Shown here in pieces: positions 24,258 to 38,394 of a stretch of DNA of 64,000 bases. The DNA comes from Camelus ferus. Taxonomy: Eukaryota. The first letter of the stretch is position 1; the number at the start of each line of letters is the position of its first letter. Position numbers and translations under genes: made by a program. The DNA is taken from positions 5,644,001 through 5,708,000 of the forward strand of contig NC_045698.1 of NCBI RefSeq assembly GCF_009834535.1. Reading direction: 5' to 3'. The notes under the pieces are model-generated. The model worked only from the letters and a program-made list of their open reading frames with translations, had not been told where the DNA came from and made no database searches.

Positions 24258-24860
24258 TGTTAGAGCAGGCAGACAGCTAGATACAAGCAGAATTAGTAAG
24301 GCACGGGCCAAATGGCAGGAAACCATACATCTTGTGGACCACGGGGATCTTTGGGCAGACAGAGAAAGGCAGGAACCTCCAGAATGACAAGAAACCACAT
24401 GTTTTGGGGTGACAAGGATCCTAGAGGCAGACAAGGAAAGGTGGGAAAGGTGGGACTCTCCAGCATCCAAATGTCACCTTTTGCTCATTATGCCCTCATT
24501 AAGATAAATAGCCTTGCAGATTAGAAGTACCTATTATGCACCAACACCATGACACTTCCAATCAAGAGTAAATTAAAAAAAAAAACCCCTCCTCCCCTTG
24601 GGGAGGTGGAGCTGGGATGAAAATCAGGAAATACGACTCCAAACCCCTCCCTCTTCAGTGAATATTCCTCCTATTCATTTTTTTTCACACTGTGTAACCA
24701 GCTTGCCAAAGAAACTCAGCGCAGCTACTCACCTGAGTCTGCCCGCTCTCCCTGGGAGAGCATCCTATCACTTAACAGGTCCTCACTTTACTTTCTTGAC
24801 CTCCATGTCTCATCTCTGAATTCTTTCTGCAATGAGACAAGAACCTATTCTCAAGTAACA
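24258..24860 (+). mobile_element. ERV1 solo LTR (family shared with 38471-39127)
   Basis: tgttagagcaggcag...gtaaca; TSD acca/acta; reverse-complement homology to 38471-39127. Confidence 0.88.
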
Positions 24861-25179
24861 ACTATACTGAATGCCAACATCCTGGATTAATAATGGCTGA
24901 ATAGCAATCTGAGAGGAGCGTTGTGGAAGAGAGCCCTCCATCCACCCAGAACTGCAGACAGCCACGGCTCCCTGATGAGGCAGTGATGGTGCCTGAGTAG
25001 CAACTGCTTTTGTGTCACGAGGATCTTCTCAGATCCTCCCCACCACAATCACAAAAGCTCGGGGCCACTGTAGGGGAAAGGAGTGGAAACAGGCAGCGAA
25101 GACCACTAGCTCCAAGCAATATAAGAAATACCACCAGCTGAATTTCAGAGATAACTCACACGCCGACATATTTTGATAC

Positions 25180-25212
25180 ATTGATTAAAGTGACAGTGTC
25201 ACTTTAATCAAT
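25180..25212. repeat. Perfect palindrome, 16-bp arms with 1-nt spacer
   Basis: attgattaaagtgaca-g-tgtcactttaatcaat. Confidence 0.97.
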
Positions 25213-28200
25213 CAACTGTGTCAGTTCTGACTGGAGACGTGGACACAGACTAGGGAGAATTTCTGTCCAACAGACAAGAAATGGTTAAATCCTAATGAAT
25301 CATGAGGTAGTGTACACAAGATAATTGAGAAGATAATGCAAGAATTGAGAAGAAAGTCTATGGTTTAACAATTATTGAAAATAGAAGGTAACATTTTTGG
25401 CTTACTTTGTTATAATGGCTAAGTGTATGCACATCCATATACGTATAGAAATACGTGCAAAGATGAAATTTATTAGACAAGGACTTTAGAATTTGAGGAT
25501 ACATTTTAAAAGATCTTTAACAGTTACTTTTATGGTATCATAATGAAAGATAATACTAAAATCAGATTTTCCTATTTTCCAAAATATGGTATGGTTTTTA
25601 CAGGATTTTATTTTATTGTAACTTTTGGAAAATGGAAAAAAAACTGATTTTAACACATATGGAATGAGCAAGAAGAAATAGAAGGGGTAAGATTTTAGAG
25701 ATCTGAAAATTTTTCAGTGACTTCCACTGAGAAATATCACCAACCATCAGCCGTAGCAGCCCCGAGCCTCAGGCTAAGCACCGCCGTCTCCCCTCCAGGG
25801 TGTGGGGCAAACGTTCCTGATTCCTGGACGTTGTGAACACTGAAAGGATGATTTAAGGAAAGCCTTCTAATGGCATGGCTGAACTATTAGCAGGTAACTT
25901 TTGGGCAATGACAATTGCTTGGCTTTTAGAAACTGCTTATATCTGCATACAGTATCTGCCAATGCCAAAAGAAAAATTAAAACTAAGCTAGGTTTGCCTT
26001 AATTTAGTAACTGTCCAGCAGTATTCTTGGCAACTGAGTTTAATTATTTTGCTGAAAGATTGGTAGCTGGTGATTGGGCCAGAGCCTGTATCTGTAAGAA
26101 AAGGTAGCCCATGATGGTGCCAACACCTCCCACCACTTTCAAGTTCGGGCAAATGTCGGGGAGTGATGATAACGAGGATGCTGTGAAGGCACAGCTGGAA
26201 GAGCTGCTGTGACAGCAAAGGTGCTTCTCACCAACCCTGATGGGGCCAGAGGACAGGGAACTGAAGGAGGAATGACCAAAACTGGATGATAAATTCAAAA
26301 ATCTCATCACAATTTAATGAGCCACAATTTTAATGCCATCCACTCCATTACACACTGCATTCTGCGCAAGGTGAGGTTCAGTAGCACACAAAACAAGGTC
26401 AGCCCAGGAAAATGTTCAGAAGACAGAGCAACAGGGTGAGTGAACAGAACGCGGGAGCAAGGACAAGCAATTGTGCGCCAGTGGTGCATTTACTGGGTCG
26501 GCACACCTGTCCTGGTGGACTCCTTCTCTCACAGCGCAGTCAGGGGGATTAATATTACCAAGGTGAGCTGAGTATTCTAGCTAAATAGTCCACTTTAACT
26601 CAGTTTAGGCTTAGAAAACTCTGTTCCCAGCAGTAAGGGAAAGTCACCAGTGAGAAGCGTTTCCGGCTTTATTCTGCTTGCATATTTTATTTATTTACCC
26701 CCAGGTGACTATATTTTAGGATAAAACTCCAAATTAAGAGGACATTTTAAGCATCATTCTTCTAGCAAAGTCAAAAGCAAAGGAGATTTTGCACACTTGG
26801 CCCCCGTCTGTGTTTGCTTGGGGATTGATGTGCTTAGTTGCTTATATATAAATGTTCCCCAGGTCAGGATTATCCTGCTAAAGGTAAGTCAGATAATTTG
26901 ATTCCACGCGATGGAGGCGCACTTGTCTGCTGCTACGCTGATTGGAATTTGGTCTTACAATGTAAAAAAATGTGGCATTTAGAGCTCCATTTCCTTTCTT
27001 GATTTTTAATGCATTCCATATTTGTTTATTTGCTTTTTAAGATTGTTCCCAATAAGAATGCGACCTTCTTGAGCCTACAGTGACATAAAATGCAATGTCA
27101 CCGTTCACAAAGTCTTGAATGAATAAAGTCAGAAATGGTATTTTCAGGGGAATCAAAGCTCAGAGACCCTGAACCTCAGTTCCCTGTGGGGTGGTCAGAC
27201 TGTAGGGTGATGGTAACTGACCTCACAAGAGGCTGGTGGATTAATGAGTTGCTGGTAAAGGGCACGTGGGCTCTTCTCACTTTCCCTCTGCCCTCCTTTC
27301 CCTCCTCCAAGGCTGGGGAAGGTTTCAAGGCCAGAACTTTGCATGAGGTCACGGGTCTGTGGACATGGTCTGATTCTTCCTTGAGATTCAGTCTCATGGG
27401 ATAAGGATTACTTTTTCCTAAGCAGCAGCAGAGGACTTGTGGAGGCCAGTCTAGAGGGGAAAGATGGAGAATTCAGTTCAGCCTGCCCTGGACCTGCCCT
27501 GACCTGGGCCCGTGGTCCAGTCCAGTTTCCAGGGGGTGGTTACTGGGGCTTGGTGGTTGGTTTATAGCACATGTCCCCTTACCAGATCTGTCCTCTGTCG
27601 AGGGGACAGAGGACCACAACTCTCCAGATCTTCTCCGAGATGCCTTGAAGAAAAGATGATAGGATTCAAGAACTGAAAATCTCCCAGACCATCAGCATCA
27701 TATGCTTCCCTTTCCCACCCACAGAGCACTCACTACTGCAGGAGCTGCACCTGGACAAAGATGAACACGTGTCCCCCTCCTGGTCACCCATCCTAGGGTC
27801 AAGGAGCCTAAAAATCCTATAGTATACTCACAAGATTAAAACAAATCCCTAAGAACATTCTTAGCAATTATGTCTTCATAAGAGCCATAATCTACTTTGA
27901 ACAAAGGCAGTATTTCTGCCCGCTGATTTTCGAGGGGCTTAAGAGATCAGGCTTATGTTTTACTTTAGTTTTTTTGTCTGTAGTATCTCAAGCCTCTGCT
28001 TCACCTAGGTAGGATTCAAAAGGCGGAAATGAATAGATTGAAAGCGAAGCAATGCTCCTTAGACTCTTCCAGAGACTTCAGGCTGAAATACTATATTCTA
28101 CTGATTTTATTTGAAAGGGTTTTGGATTCATTCTTTTTCATAGAAAAGAAGTAAAAGTAAAACTTGACATTATATCAAAAATACATTGGTCTTTCAGCTC

Positions 28201-30654
28201 TTTTTATATCTCTGTGATGATCAGATCTTTCTTATCTTTTCAACTGTGCTCTTACTATACGGTAGAATAAATCCAGAAATATTAAACTTAGGAGGTGACA
28301 CCAGGAAAACTTGGTGGTCATAAGACAGGTCTCCATGAACCTGACTTGCTTTAAACCTTGCCCAGAGAGGCCGGTATTCATTCATCAGCTAGGAGTTACG
28401 AGTGCAGGAACTGTTCTGATTGTATTACTTTTCTATTGGCTCGAACGTAGCGAGCTGTGAGCAACGATGTTGCATCTTGACATTTTTAATATCTCTAGGG
28501 TACTTCTCTAAAACGCATCTGAATTCAGATTTAATTAATTATGTGAATGACCTAAATGTGAAAATAATTTCCTGCTCTCGATATATTAAGCTCAACAGAA
28601 ATATCTCAGCAAGAGAAATGGACTGAAATTAGGTCCACATTATTATTTTGGAAAGGCAGATTTACTTTGACCCTTTTTAGATCAATCATTGGAACTGAAC
28701 TGATATTCACGGAATTGATATGACTTTATTCAAAACAGTGCCATGCACGTAGGAAATGCTGCTTCTGGTAAATTTTTCCTAAATAAGAAAACCCTTTGTG
28801 ATGGTTACATTGCTGGCTAATTTAAATTTTACTCATAATTATAAGTAGAATGCATATGTAATATATAATGTTTATACATATTATGTTATATTTATTATAG
28901 TATAAGCTTGCAATTTTAAGAAAATTGTGTGTTAGGATATTATATAGTTTATATAACTACATAATAACTTATATATGTTTAATATATAAATTCACATATG
29001 ACCTCACTAACCAAATGTCAATCACTAGTAATTTAATGCTTTTAAAGATGATTTTGAATAAAACAAGTAATTTAAATAAACAAATTATCTTATATCATTA
29101 GGTGATTACAAGACATTTAAGTAGAATTTACTTTTATAAAACTTAATAGTTGTAAGAAAAATTATAAAATACAAATGAATGTAGAATAAGTAACCTATGT
29201 ATTATGAATAGATAAAATAAAATTACATGCTAAATAAATCATGATAACCCATATTTTCATACTGCCATGGAAAGATCTTTCAAAATATTTAATGTAAAAG
29301 AAGTTGCACAATAAAGTAATGAATGCAGTTTGATGACATTTATGATAAATGACAAAATTAACGTCATACATTTTATAGTTAGAGGTGTGAATATGGGTGG
29401 TTATGACTTATTTCATGTCCTAGCATAAGGTCTAAATGCGTTGCTTTGCTTGCCTTGGAATTTTGTCCTTGTTTTCTGCTGCTGGAAATCAACACAAACC
29501 AGTCAGAGTTATAAATTTTACCATCTCGATCTGTGAAATATTTGGTGACCTTATCACCTGTGAAGATGGAAAAGCTATGTATCTACCTAACGAACTTGAG
29601 GCTCTTGAAGGCTCAATGTAATGCTTTGTTAATTAGATCAATTTATTCAGGTTTGCGAGAATAATTGAAAATACTGGAGACACTCTGACTAGGACTTCTC
29701 TCTAATTTTATGCCAAAAGTGTTTGCGCACAATCTCGGCCAAGTTGGAATAGGACTGATTCCAAGGTCCTGGTACATCCCACCTCCTTGAATTTGCTCTG
29801 CCCCGTTCCCCGGCGTAAGCAGCAGTGAGACCAGTGCTCCCTGCCCCCACGCTGCTGAGGACTGGGCTCGGACAATATGTGTTAGACCCGTGGATGAAGG
29901 CACATTCCCTCTTACTGGAATGACTCCCCTTTCTCAGTCTCTTCCCGTGACATTCCATGCAACGCCCCAGGGCCAGCTCTGGGGGAAGTTTCCTGGTCGT
30001 CCCCACCCTCAGTAATCGTCCTGTCTGGTGACTTTTAGTTCATTCTGACTCTGGAATACCTGAAGCACTAAGCTAAATTGTCCAGGTTTGTGCTGGTCCG
30101 AGATTTTAATTAAACTTCTGTTTTGCTGTCTAACTCATAATTTTTTCCTACTGCATCCCACATTTCACAGTGTATAGGTCAAGGACTAGTTCCCTGGGTG
30201 CATATTCTCTGGGAAGGGGTGGGAAGGATATTGTAAAATTATCTTTAAAATCTCAAAAATCTATAAAAATATAAAGCACCAATCCAGTATGATGATAAAA
30301 TTTTAAAAAATGACAGCAAAAACAAATTTTCTTGCTTTGAGAGATGAGTGTGTTTCAGTATTTAATATACATATAATAATAAGAATCATGACGGTGCCTA
30401 ACAGTAGCAATAGAAGCAAACACTAGGCTGTGTCATCTGACCTGAGGAATGAGAAGTGATGATTTTCCTGGAAGCAGGGAAGTTCAAGGATGGCTGGAAC
30501 TTTTAGTGATTTACTTGGGATGATGACAGGGGTGTAGGTCACTACACACACTTCCCTTCTCCTCTTCCACCAGACGACAGTTGTTTCTTTGAGTTTTGAA
30601 AATTCGTCGTTCAAAAAGAGCATTTTTAAATCAGGTTTTGCAGTTTAGCCATGA

Positions 30655-30980
30655 ACTCATTCCTTCAATTATCATTCATTGATTCATCTATTTATTCCTT
30701 ATATTAAATAAGTTCCTTTTGTTTAGTCGTCCGTGGTGCTGAACCCAGAGAAGAAACAAAATTCGACACAGGTCCCACTTCCACACACACACACACCCCC
30801 TTGGGATTAACAGTCCACGGGGGAGACAGTTCAGGAAGCACCTGGAGAAAGTGAGTCTGACTGAGGCAGAGAGGAGCTCCGGGTGCCAGGGGGAGGCAGG
30901 GGTGCACACGCCTCATTTCCACTTGGAGTCTTTCGTGCGTGAGCAAGGGGCTTCCCTGGACGAGGTGACACATTTGTCTG
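30655..30980 (-). mobile_element. Degraded L2 3' end
   Basis: cattcattgattca tail repeats followed by cacaggtccca...cagtc..ggggagacag...ggcttccctggacgaggtgaca. Confidence 0.55.
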
Positions 30981-33042
30981 TGTAGCTACAGCTGTCAGCC
31001 CTGCATTCTCCTCTGGATCCTCACAGTTAGAGATTCAATGGGAAGGTTGGGGAGTACGACCCCGACTTGCCACATGAGAACGATTGTCACTAGGTTGTGT
31101 ACAATTTTTATCTACTACATCATTTCCTGGCCCTGTAACCATATTTTCTGGTCACTAAATAGGATGACAAATCCCCCAGCTCAAAGAGTTCAAAACAATG
31201 TAATGAAAATCCAAATCACCGATTGGTTTGAGCAAAATCCCAGAGGTGACCGTGGGCTTATCCTACAGTTCCAGCCCTGAGTGGTTCTGCCTGAGGCGTC
31301 ATTTTAATCAGTGACTCTGACACGCAGTTCACTCTAATTGCCATACCTGCAGCTACCCACTGCTGACAAAGGTGCCATTCACTGATGCGTGACAATACGG
31401 AGAAGACATTCAGGCTTCAGACAGATGTGCCCATTATGAAATATCCCATGTGGTCGTAAATCTCTGGCGGTTGATGCGGAGTAAGTAATGCACGGTTGCA
31501 AGTAAATTGTGTGCTCAGCTTTGCCATGTCCCCACCATCCAACATGCTTACAAATGAAAACCTGAAATGCTCTAGACCATCAAAAGATAATACCACGTGC
31601 TTCAATCTCCTCTCAATACTTCTTTTTCCAATCTTTTTTTTCTATTTCTCATCATCAGTTTTTGTTCTACCTGAGAATATCAAGAGTATAAACCATATGT
31701 CTTTTCTTCTCTTTTGTAAAAAGCAAGAATTCCAATTAGCAATTGTCCATGATGATAGACTTGAATTTTTTCTTTCTCATTAAAATAAAAAGAATTCAAT
31801 CTCTTTGATGCAGGCAGATGTTTTTCTGTACATACATTCTTTGTTACTGTTTTATTTTTTTTAATTAAGTAATATTACTAAACATTCTATTTTATTTTTA
31901 TGCACAGCTTAAAATACTGTCAGGAAGGTTTAACGAAACTTTGTGAATATTGCTGTCTACACTCGAGGACGACAATGAGCTGTTTTCCAAAATTGACAAG
32001 ATGAAAATTAAAATGATCTGCAGGTTAAGGTGTGAAATAGTAAATAAAACAGATTTTAAATGGATAAAAGCGAGGATTTGTAAAATCATCCTGCAGAGGT
32101 AGAATGGTAACCCAGTCTTTGTGTAGCTGCCTGAAGGGATCAAGGTATTTACATATAAAATGTGCCCATGAGAAAGGGGTTTTCTAAGAGGATGGTGGCC
32201 ACTTGAAGACCTCTCGTAGGTGCCTTTCTGGGCTGCTCTTGGTGATGATGGAAACACGAGCGGGCCAAGTGCTGTCAGAATGTGATGCTGTTGCAATGCC
32301 TGGCCCCACTCTCCTCCCTCCGCCTGCACTGTGCAGTCTGCATACACGGGACCACAGGGAATGACAGTACCATTTAATTAATAGCCCAGTGCAGAACTGT
32401 GGCTTAAGTTCAGTCATGAACCAGGGCTTTCTTCATCTCCTCCCCCCACATCTGACTTCTGCGAATGCAACCTCACTCTCTAGTTGGCCATCGAATGAAA
32501 CTGACAGAGGGAGCTAGCTGAGGTTCACAGGGGTCTCTGGCTCCACTTGCCCCCCAGAAAGAGTAAGGCGCCTGGGACCTGGGTGTGTACCTTTAATGCT
32601 CAGTGATATGCCCACTAGAAACTGTACCTCAGTAAACGTTTTGGAATCAAATTATAGACAATTTGAATTATAGGTTATATATAAAGATAAAAATGCAAGT
32701 ATATGACTATAGTTCATCTATTTTTATAAAAATAATATTATCTATGTGGGTGCATAAAACAGACACAACCAAATCCATCGTACATTAACTACTGTACGTA
32801 CGGAAAAAATTCTGGTGTGTGAGAAAAAAAATCTAAACAAGCCTGATTTGTTTTCTAAAGGAAGAGAGTATGTTATGGGAAACTCTCTTTCTGCTTTATA
32901 CTTCACCATATTAGATTAAAATTTGTATCTATTAAATTAAGATAATTAACAAATCACAATATAGACCTATATTTCAAAAATTTCATAAACTTTCAAAAAA
33001 TTCATAAAAATGTGTTAAAATATTTAAAATACTCCTTCAATT

Positions 33043-33166
33043 GGATATGTCTATGGCCTAGATGGTGGTGATAATTTCACGAGTGGACACAACCCCAAAC
33101 TCATCGAATTGTATACAGTAAATGTGTACAGCTTTTTACATCAATCATAGCGCAACAAACTGGTTT
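33043..33166 (+). mobile_element. L1MC-type 3' end fragment
   Basis: gatatgtctatggcctagatggtggtgataatttcacgagt...ccaaactcatcgaattgtatacagtaaatgtgtacagc. Confidence 0.7.
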
Positions 33167-34144
33167 TAAGAATCTCTCACGCTCCTATGTCTTACGAAGA
33201 TGATAGACAGATGTTTCTTATATGTATTCACTTGTTTGTTCATTAAAAGACATTTGTCCTCCAAGGTCTTGATAACGTAGAGACATCGATTGTAGGGGTG
33301 TTGAAATAGCTCTTTAAGCCATGGAAAATTATTCCACACCTGGGAAATGGGCCACAGAGTAGAGACACCGTTTAATTTCACACTTACAACTGACCCCTGT
33401 TTTTTGAAGATAATATGGCAGCGAAAATTCAATAATACAAAAGTCAGAAAAAATTACAGGATTTTGCATGGCTAATTCCCAAAGTGAGTGTATAGGGATT
33501 AATTTAAAATGAAGTGCTCTAGGATTTGATCACTTTTTAGTAATATATTAATTTCACAATATCTCAACTCAATCACTGTGGTCATTATTTATAAATTCTG
33601 CCTTATTCTCTGAGCTGTGTGGCCCCATGAACTGCAGTAGAGATTAGACAAGACGATATTGTCTGTTTACTGCATGACGCTGTTACTAGAAAATTCATTT
33701 TATAGCATTAAGAACAGTTAGGACCTTCTCAATGATTTGAAGATATGTCAAGCCAAAAATAAGTGTAAAAAATGGTGGCATGGTGTATCATAACACAGTC
33801 TGGACGTGGTGTTTTGTTCGGGTGGTGCTTACCTATGCTGTGGCTTTGGTGAGTTTTCTGAGTTCTTTGAATGTCACCCCTGCCCTAAACTCACTGCCCG
33901 AGTCAGACAGATCAGTGCAAATGGAGTTTAAGCACACGTTAAATCCTCACATGTGAATCAAAAGCACCATTTATCATTTTATTACTAGTTTTGAAAAATT
34001 TTGAGATTCTACTTTCTTCTCTAAAAATTAATATTTTAACCATATGTATTTAAAAATTATACCTAAAATATATTACAAAGTGAGTTGTTCTGTATTTTGT
34101 TGTTCCAAAAGGGCCACCTTAATGATAAACAAAAATTCGACGTG

Positions 34145-34203
34145 CCCTCCCTCCTATTTTCCTTCCTTCCTTCTTCCCTCCCTCCCTTCCTCCCTTCCTT
34201 CCT
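34145..34203. repeat. (CCTT/CCCT)n low-complexity repeat
   Basis: Direct reading. Confidence 0.85.
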
Positions 34204-37200
34204 GTATATTTCTGAAATATTTCCTTCTTTCCTATCATATTTCTGAATCCCTGTATCTTCCTGAGGCTCTGTGACCACACTAATGAATATATATATATGT
34301 TTTACTCTTCACGGGGATTTCATTTTTTGTGATAACTGGTGAATGTGATATTTTTTCTTTAAATTGTGAACAGGCTGCTGAGCTGTTCTTGACAAATGAC
34401 TTTAAGTGCAGCAATTAAACCTTGAAATAGCCTCTTGCACTTTGCCGTTTCAGACTCTGCCACCCCAGCCGAGCACATAGTGTCCTCTGCCGCTGGGGTG
34501 CGTACTCGTGCTTCAGTCTGTCTGTTATTCAGTATCTTCATTCACCTGCGCAGTAATGGCCCTCATAGAGCTGGTTTTAACAGCAGCACGTTAAATTTTT
34601 ATGAAACACACTAAAAAGGATAACAGGATATGAAGAAAATGATTATGTAAAGTTGAACACAATGAAAGAAACATTAATGGGAAGTTTGAATAAAATTTAA
34701 AATTTCTTTCGATTTCATTGACATGACAGTGAACTTTTATATAAAATGAGTTTTACATAAGGGGAAAAGCTTATGTTTAAGGTTAAACAAACGTTAATTT
34801 AAGAATTTTATATCGTTATTAGAGACACTGTATCAAATGTAGAGCTACACTATTAAAAACAATTATTATCTGAAATACTCAAAAATGAAGCAAAATGAAA
34901 GAAAAGAAATCAAGGGAATTAAAAAGAATGTTTGTGATCATGTTATTAATCAGGAGACAACAGGATAGAATAGGCTTGTGCTAGAAAATATACAAGTTTT
35001 AAGAATTTTACCAAAAATATAAAAAGTTGTTAGAAATCACTTCCCAATCAAACATCTTAATGTCGGAACTGAATGCTGATTATTTAAACTGAAGAGTGTT
35101 GAAGTCTCTCTGACAAGTATTTAAATACTAATTGGGATTTTAAAGAAATAGTGACTAATTTAATAAACATTGCTGACCATTGTAATGGCGGGAATTGAAA
35201 CCCAGAAATCAAAGGATGTGGACAGCAAACTGATTTTCTCAGCGTGTTTTGAGAGTTTTCATTTTTCACTTTTATGCTTTACTGGAATTCATTCATCAGA
35301 TTTGTAGACCATCCCGGCTACTCAAATGAATAATAGGTTTTTCTTGTTTATTTACAGACAGATTTAGATTCAGGCATGGTGTGTGTTATTAACTTAATGA
35401 GCCAGTAATTCTATGTATCTAATAAATCCTTTGGGCTTTTTTCAATTATATCTATCATTTTTCCAATGGTATTGTCAGGGGAGATAATAAATATTGGTTA
35501 ATCTCAGATCTTAGGGACATCAGAGAAGTGTTAAGATAAAGGTCACTAAATTCATGAGTTTACCACCACGGGTTAGACGTTTTGCTAATTATAAATCCTC
35601 ATGTAAGAAAAAAATTTAATGCAGTTTTAATTATAAGCATGATTTGAAAAATCTTTGTCAGCTTTCAGTAGCTGTTAAGTTTTGGGAACCCGGCTTGAGA
35701 AATAAGAAGTAGCTAAACCGGTGGACGTCTGCTCCGGGCTGGAAACCACTTCAGCATCTGTGTGCCCCTCTTTCCCCCCTCTCTCCCATGGAAAGTTAAT
35801 ACCGAACTACGGTGCTCAGCAGTAGATTTATTTTAATTGCATAGGTCATGAGTTTTCAGTGAAAATAACTAAAATATATTGGATTGAGCCAAAGAAGATC
35901 TCAGGAAATGAGATTTTCCTTAGTATAACAACGTGGTGATGTTCAGTTTAAATTATAATACCTGAGAGGGATCCATACAGAATTCTAATTGAACGAGAAT
36001 TCTGACCCAAATATCGCGAGAAAACTGTGTGACCGCTTACCCTACCTTCCCCAAAGGACTTGTTCTCACCCGTTTCTTTAAACCACAACTTTCAAAAGAC
36101 TAGAGTGTAATACTTTTCTAAGCTTTTCGTGTAATTTCTCATGTGTCTCTCATGAGGGAAGTAGATCAGTCTGATGGATTTTGTGGCACTTGGTCAACAT
36201 AAATAAGTGCTTTCCAAAATAATGTAGATTTCCTTTAATATCTAATTTGAAGAAGTTTTTCAGAATCCAATATTCACATTAAGCGAAATCGGTGCTATTG
36301 ATTCACTGGATATTTTGAGGTTTAAATACAAACAGGATCATCACATGTGAAGATCTCACCCTGGCCCTTTTGACACTGGTCTGATAATATCCTCACAGGA
36401 GATTTTAAATTTCTTAGTTATTTCGGAAAGATTATGTGAGTGAAAGGGTGAAACAAATGGCTATAGTTTCCTCAAGTAATTGAAGTCAACTAAAGAAGTC
36501 AGGCCGAAGGGTTCCATTTAAAGCAAGCACTCAGACTTCCACAACAACGGTTCCAATGTCAGGGGACGGAAGGATTCAGGGAAGTGGCCCGACCGACAGC
36601 AGCATTTTGTTGATGTTGATCATAATGATAGCTTGGCATTTACTGGGCGCCTCCTCTACTCCAAGCTTTATGACTCATGATTTATAAACATCTCATTGAC
36701 TCCTTAGGTTTTATGAGTGAAGTCGATTTCCACAGGACACCTGGAGGGCGCGCCTCGCTTGCTGCAAAACTGCCATGTCCTTTGCCAACCCCAGGACTCC
36801 CCACTTCACAGCCCATCCTCTCCGCCCTCGAAGTTAATTGCATTTGCAGCTCACCTTTGAACAGTTTGGCTGGGCTGAGTGTTTTCACAAATGACTAACC
36901 TCAAAGTCAAAGTTAGTGGGCCCACCGATTTGGCACAGGATTAATCTGAAACTATTTTACTCATTATTCTTGATGGAAAAAAAATTTTCTTGTTTTCACT
37001 ACTCCCTTTACCACTAGATCAGATAAAGAGAATATAAATTTTTTCCCCCAAAGTAAATACACTCCAAATTTAACTCTAGTGATTTCTGTCAAAAACATAC
37101 AAAAATGGTAACAAAATAATTGACCTTACTCAAGCTTTCAGTAATAGAAAATTGTTTGAATAAAATATGGCTCATCCACAAGATAAAGTGCTATGCTATC

Positions 37201-37295
37201 ATAGAAATATGTAAGGGATAATATTTATGTAATACTGTAAAATGATTTTCAAGTTGAATAATGAATTGTTTGCTACTGTTTGCCTAAGAAAAGGG

Positions 37296-37421
37296 ATACA
37301 TACATACATAATTACATATGTGCACACATACACATATATACACACAGTACACACACATAGCACATCCACATCCACATGCATAAATGTCTATGTGTGTGTA
37401 TATGTGTATATATGTATATAT
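37296..37421. repeat. (CA/TA/TG) compound microsatellite
   Basis: Direct reading. Confidence 0.8.
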
Positions 37422-37833
37422 GTTATTCTAAGTGAAGTAAATCAAAGAGAAGGAAAAATACCATATGATATCACTTACATGTGGAATCTGAAAAAAAAAA
37501 AAGACAAACTTATTTACAAACCAGAAACAGACTCACAGACATAGAAAACAAGCTTATAGTTACCAGGGCAGGAAGAGGGTAGGAAGGGATAAATTGGGAG
37601 TTTGAGATTTGCAGATGCTAACTAATATATACAGAACAGATAAACAACAATTTTATACTGGATAGCACAGGGAACCATATTCAATATCTTGTAGTAACTC
37701 ATGGTGAAAGAGAATATGAAAATGAATATATGTGTGTTCCTATATGACTGAAGTGTTGTGCTGTGCACCAGAAATTGACACAACATTGTAACCTGACTAT
37801 ATTTCAATAACAATATACTAAAAAATGAAAAAA
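37422..37833 (+). mobile_element. Lineage L1 3'UTR
   Basis: attctaagtgaagtaa...atgtggaatct...atagcacagggaaccatattcaatatcttg...ccagaaattgacacaacattgtaa. Confidence 0.92.
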
Positions 37834-38304
37834 GAGGGAAGTATAAACTGTAAAGTTTAGGAGAATGATTATCAGTTGGAAGCACAGAGGAGACAGGGAT
37901 GGAAGTGGTCCTTTCCTTTGTAGACTCAATTTTGAGAACAAGTGGGTATTTAAACAATTATAAGACAAAATTTAAAGAAGGGAATCAGCAATTGAAAACA
38001 AAGTGACAATGAAATGAGGGACCTGTGTTTTGAGTTGGTGGCATAATCACACAGAGAAACTCTTCCAAATGTCTTTAAAACAGTAATTTGATGTGATCTG
38101 GAGTGGTTCTCTAGTGAGAATAGGAGAAGAAAAAGTTGGGGACACCTAATGTAGACGACCCTTTTGAGGTGTTTTGTAATAAAAGTGGATAGATGAATGA
38201 CAGAGTGGCTAAATCAGGCTGTGGGGTCACGGGAAAATATATAGTGATGTATAAACACACATACAACCAGGTAGACACATGTATACACGCACACACTGGA
38301 GTCT

Positions 38305-38346
38305 AGACCTGTGCAGATCAAGCCCATGTTGTTCAAGGGTCAACAG
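38305..38346. mobile_element. MER8/Tigger2a-like terminal fragment
   Basis: cccatgttgttcaagggtcaac matches the right end of 3778-3986. Confidence 0.65.
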
Positions 38347-38394
38347 CATTTAGTTTGGATGATACTCAAACGTGAGCATGATTTTATGCTGATA

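Noticed and set aside
31908..32023. Candidate exon with a good acceptor (ttttttatgcacag) and a CAG/gttaag donor
   Set aside because: Stop codons in all three + frames; at most a non-coding exon, with no evidence from sequence alone
35978..36004. Short hairpin cagaattct...agaattctg (also the 8-bp-arm hairpin near 62019-62035)
   Set aside because: Arms of 8-9 bp are within chance expectation for 64 kb
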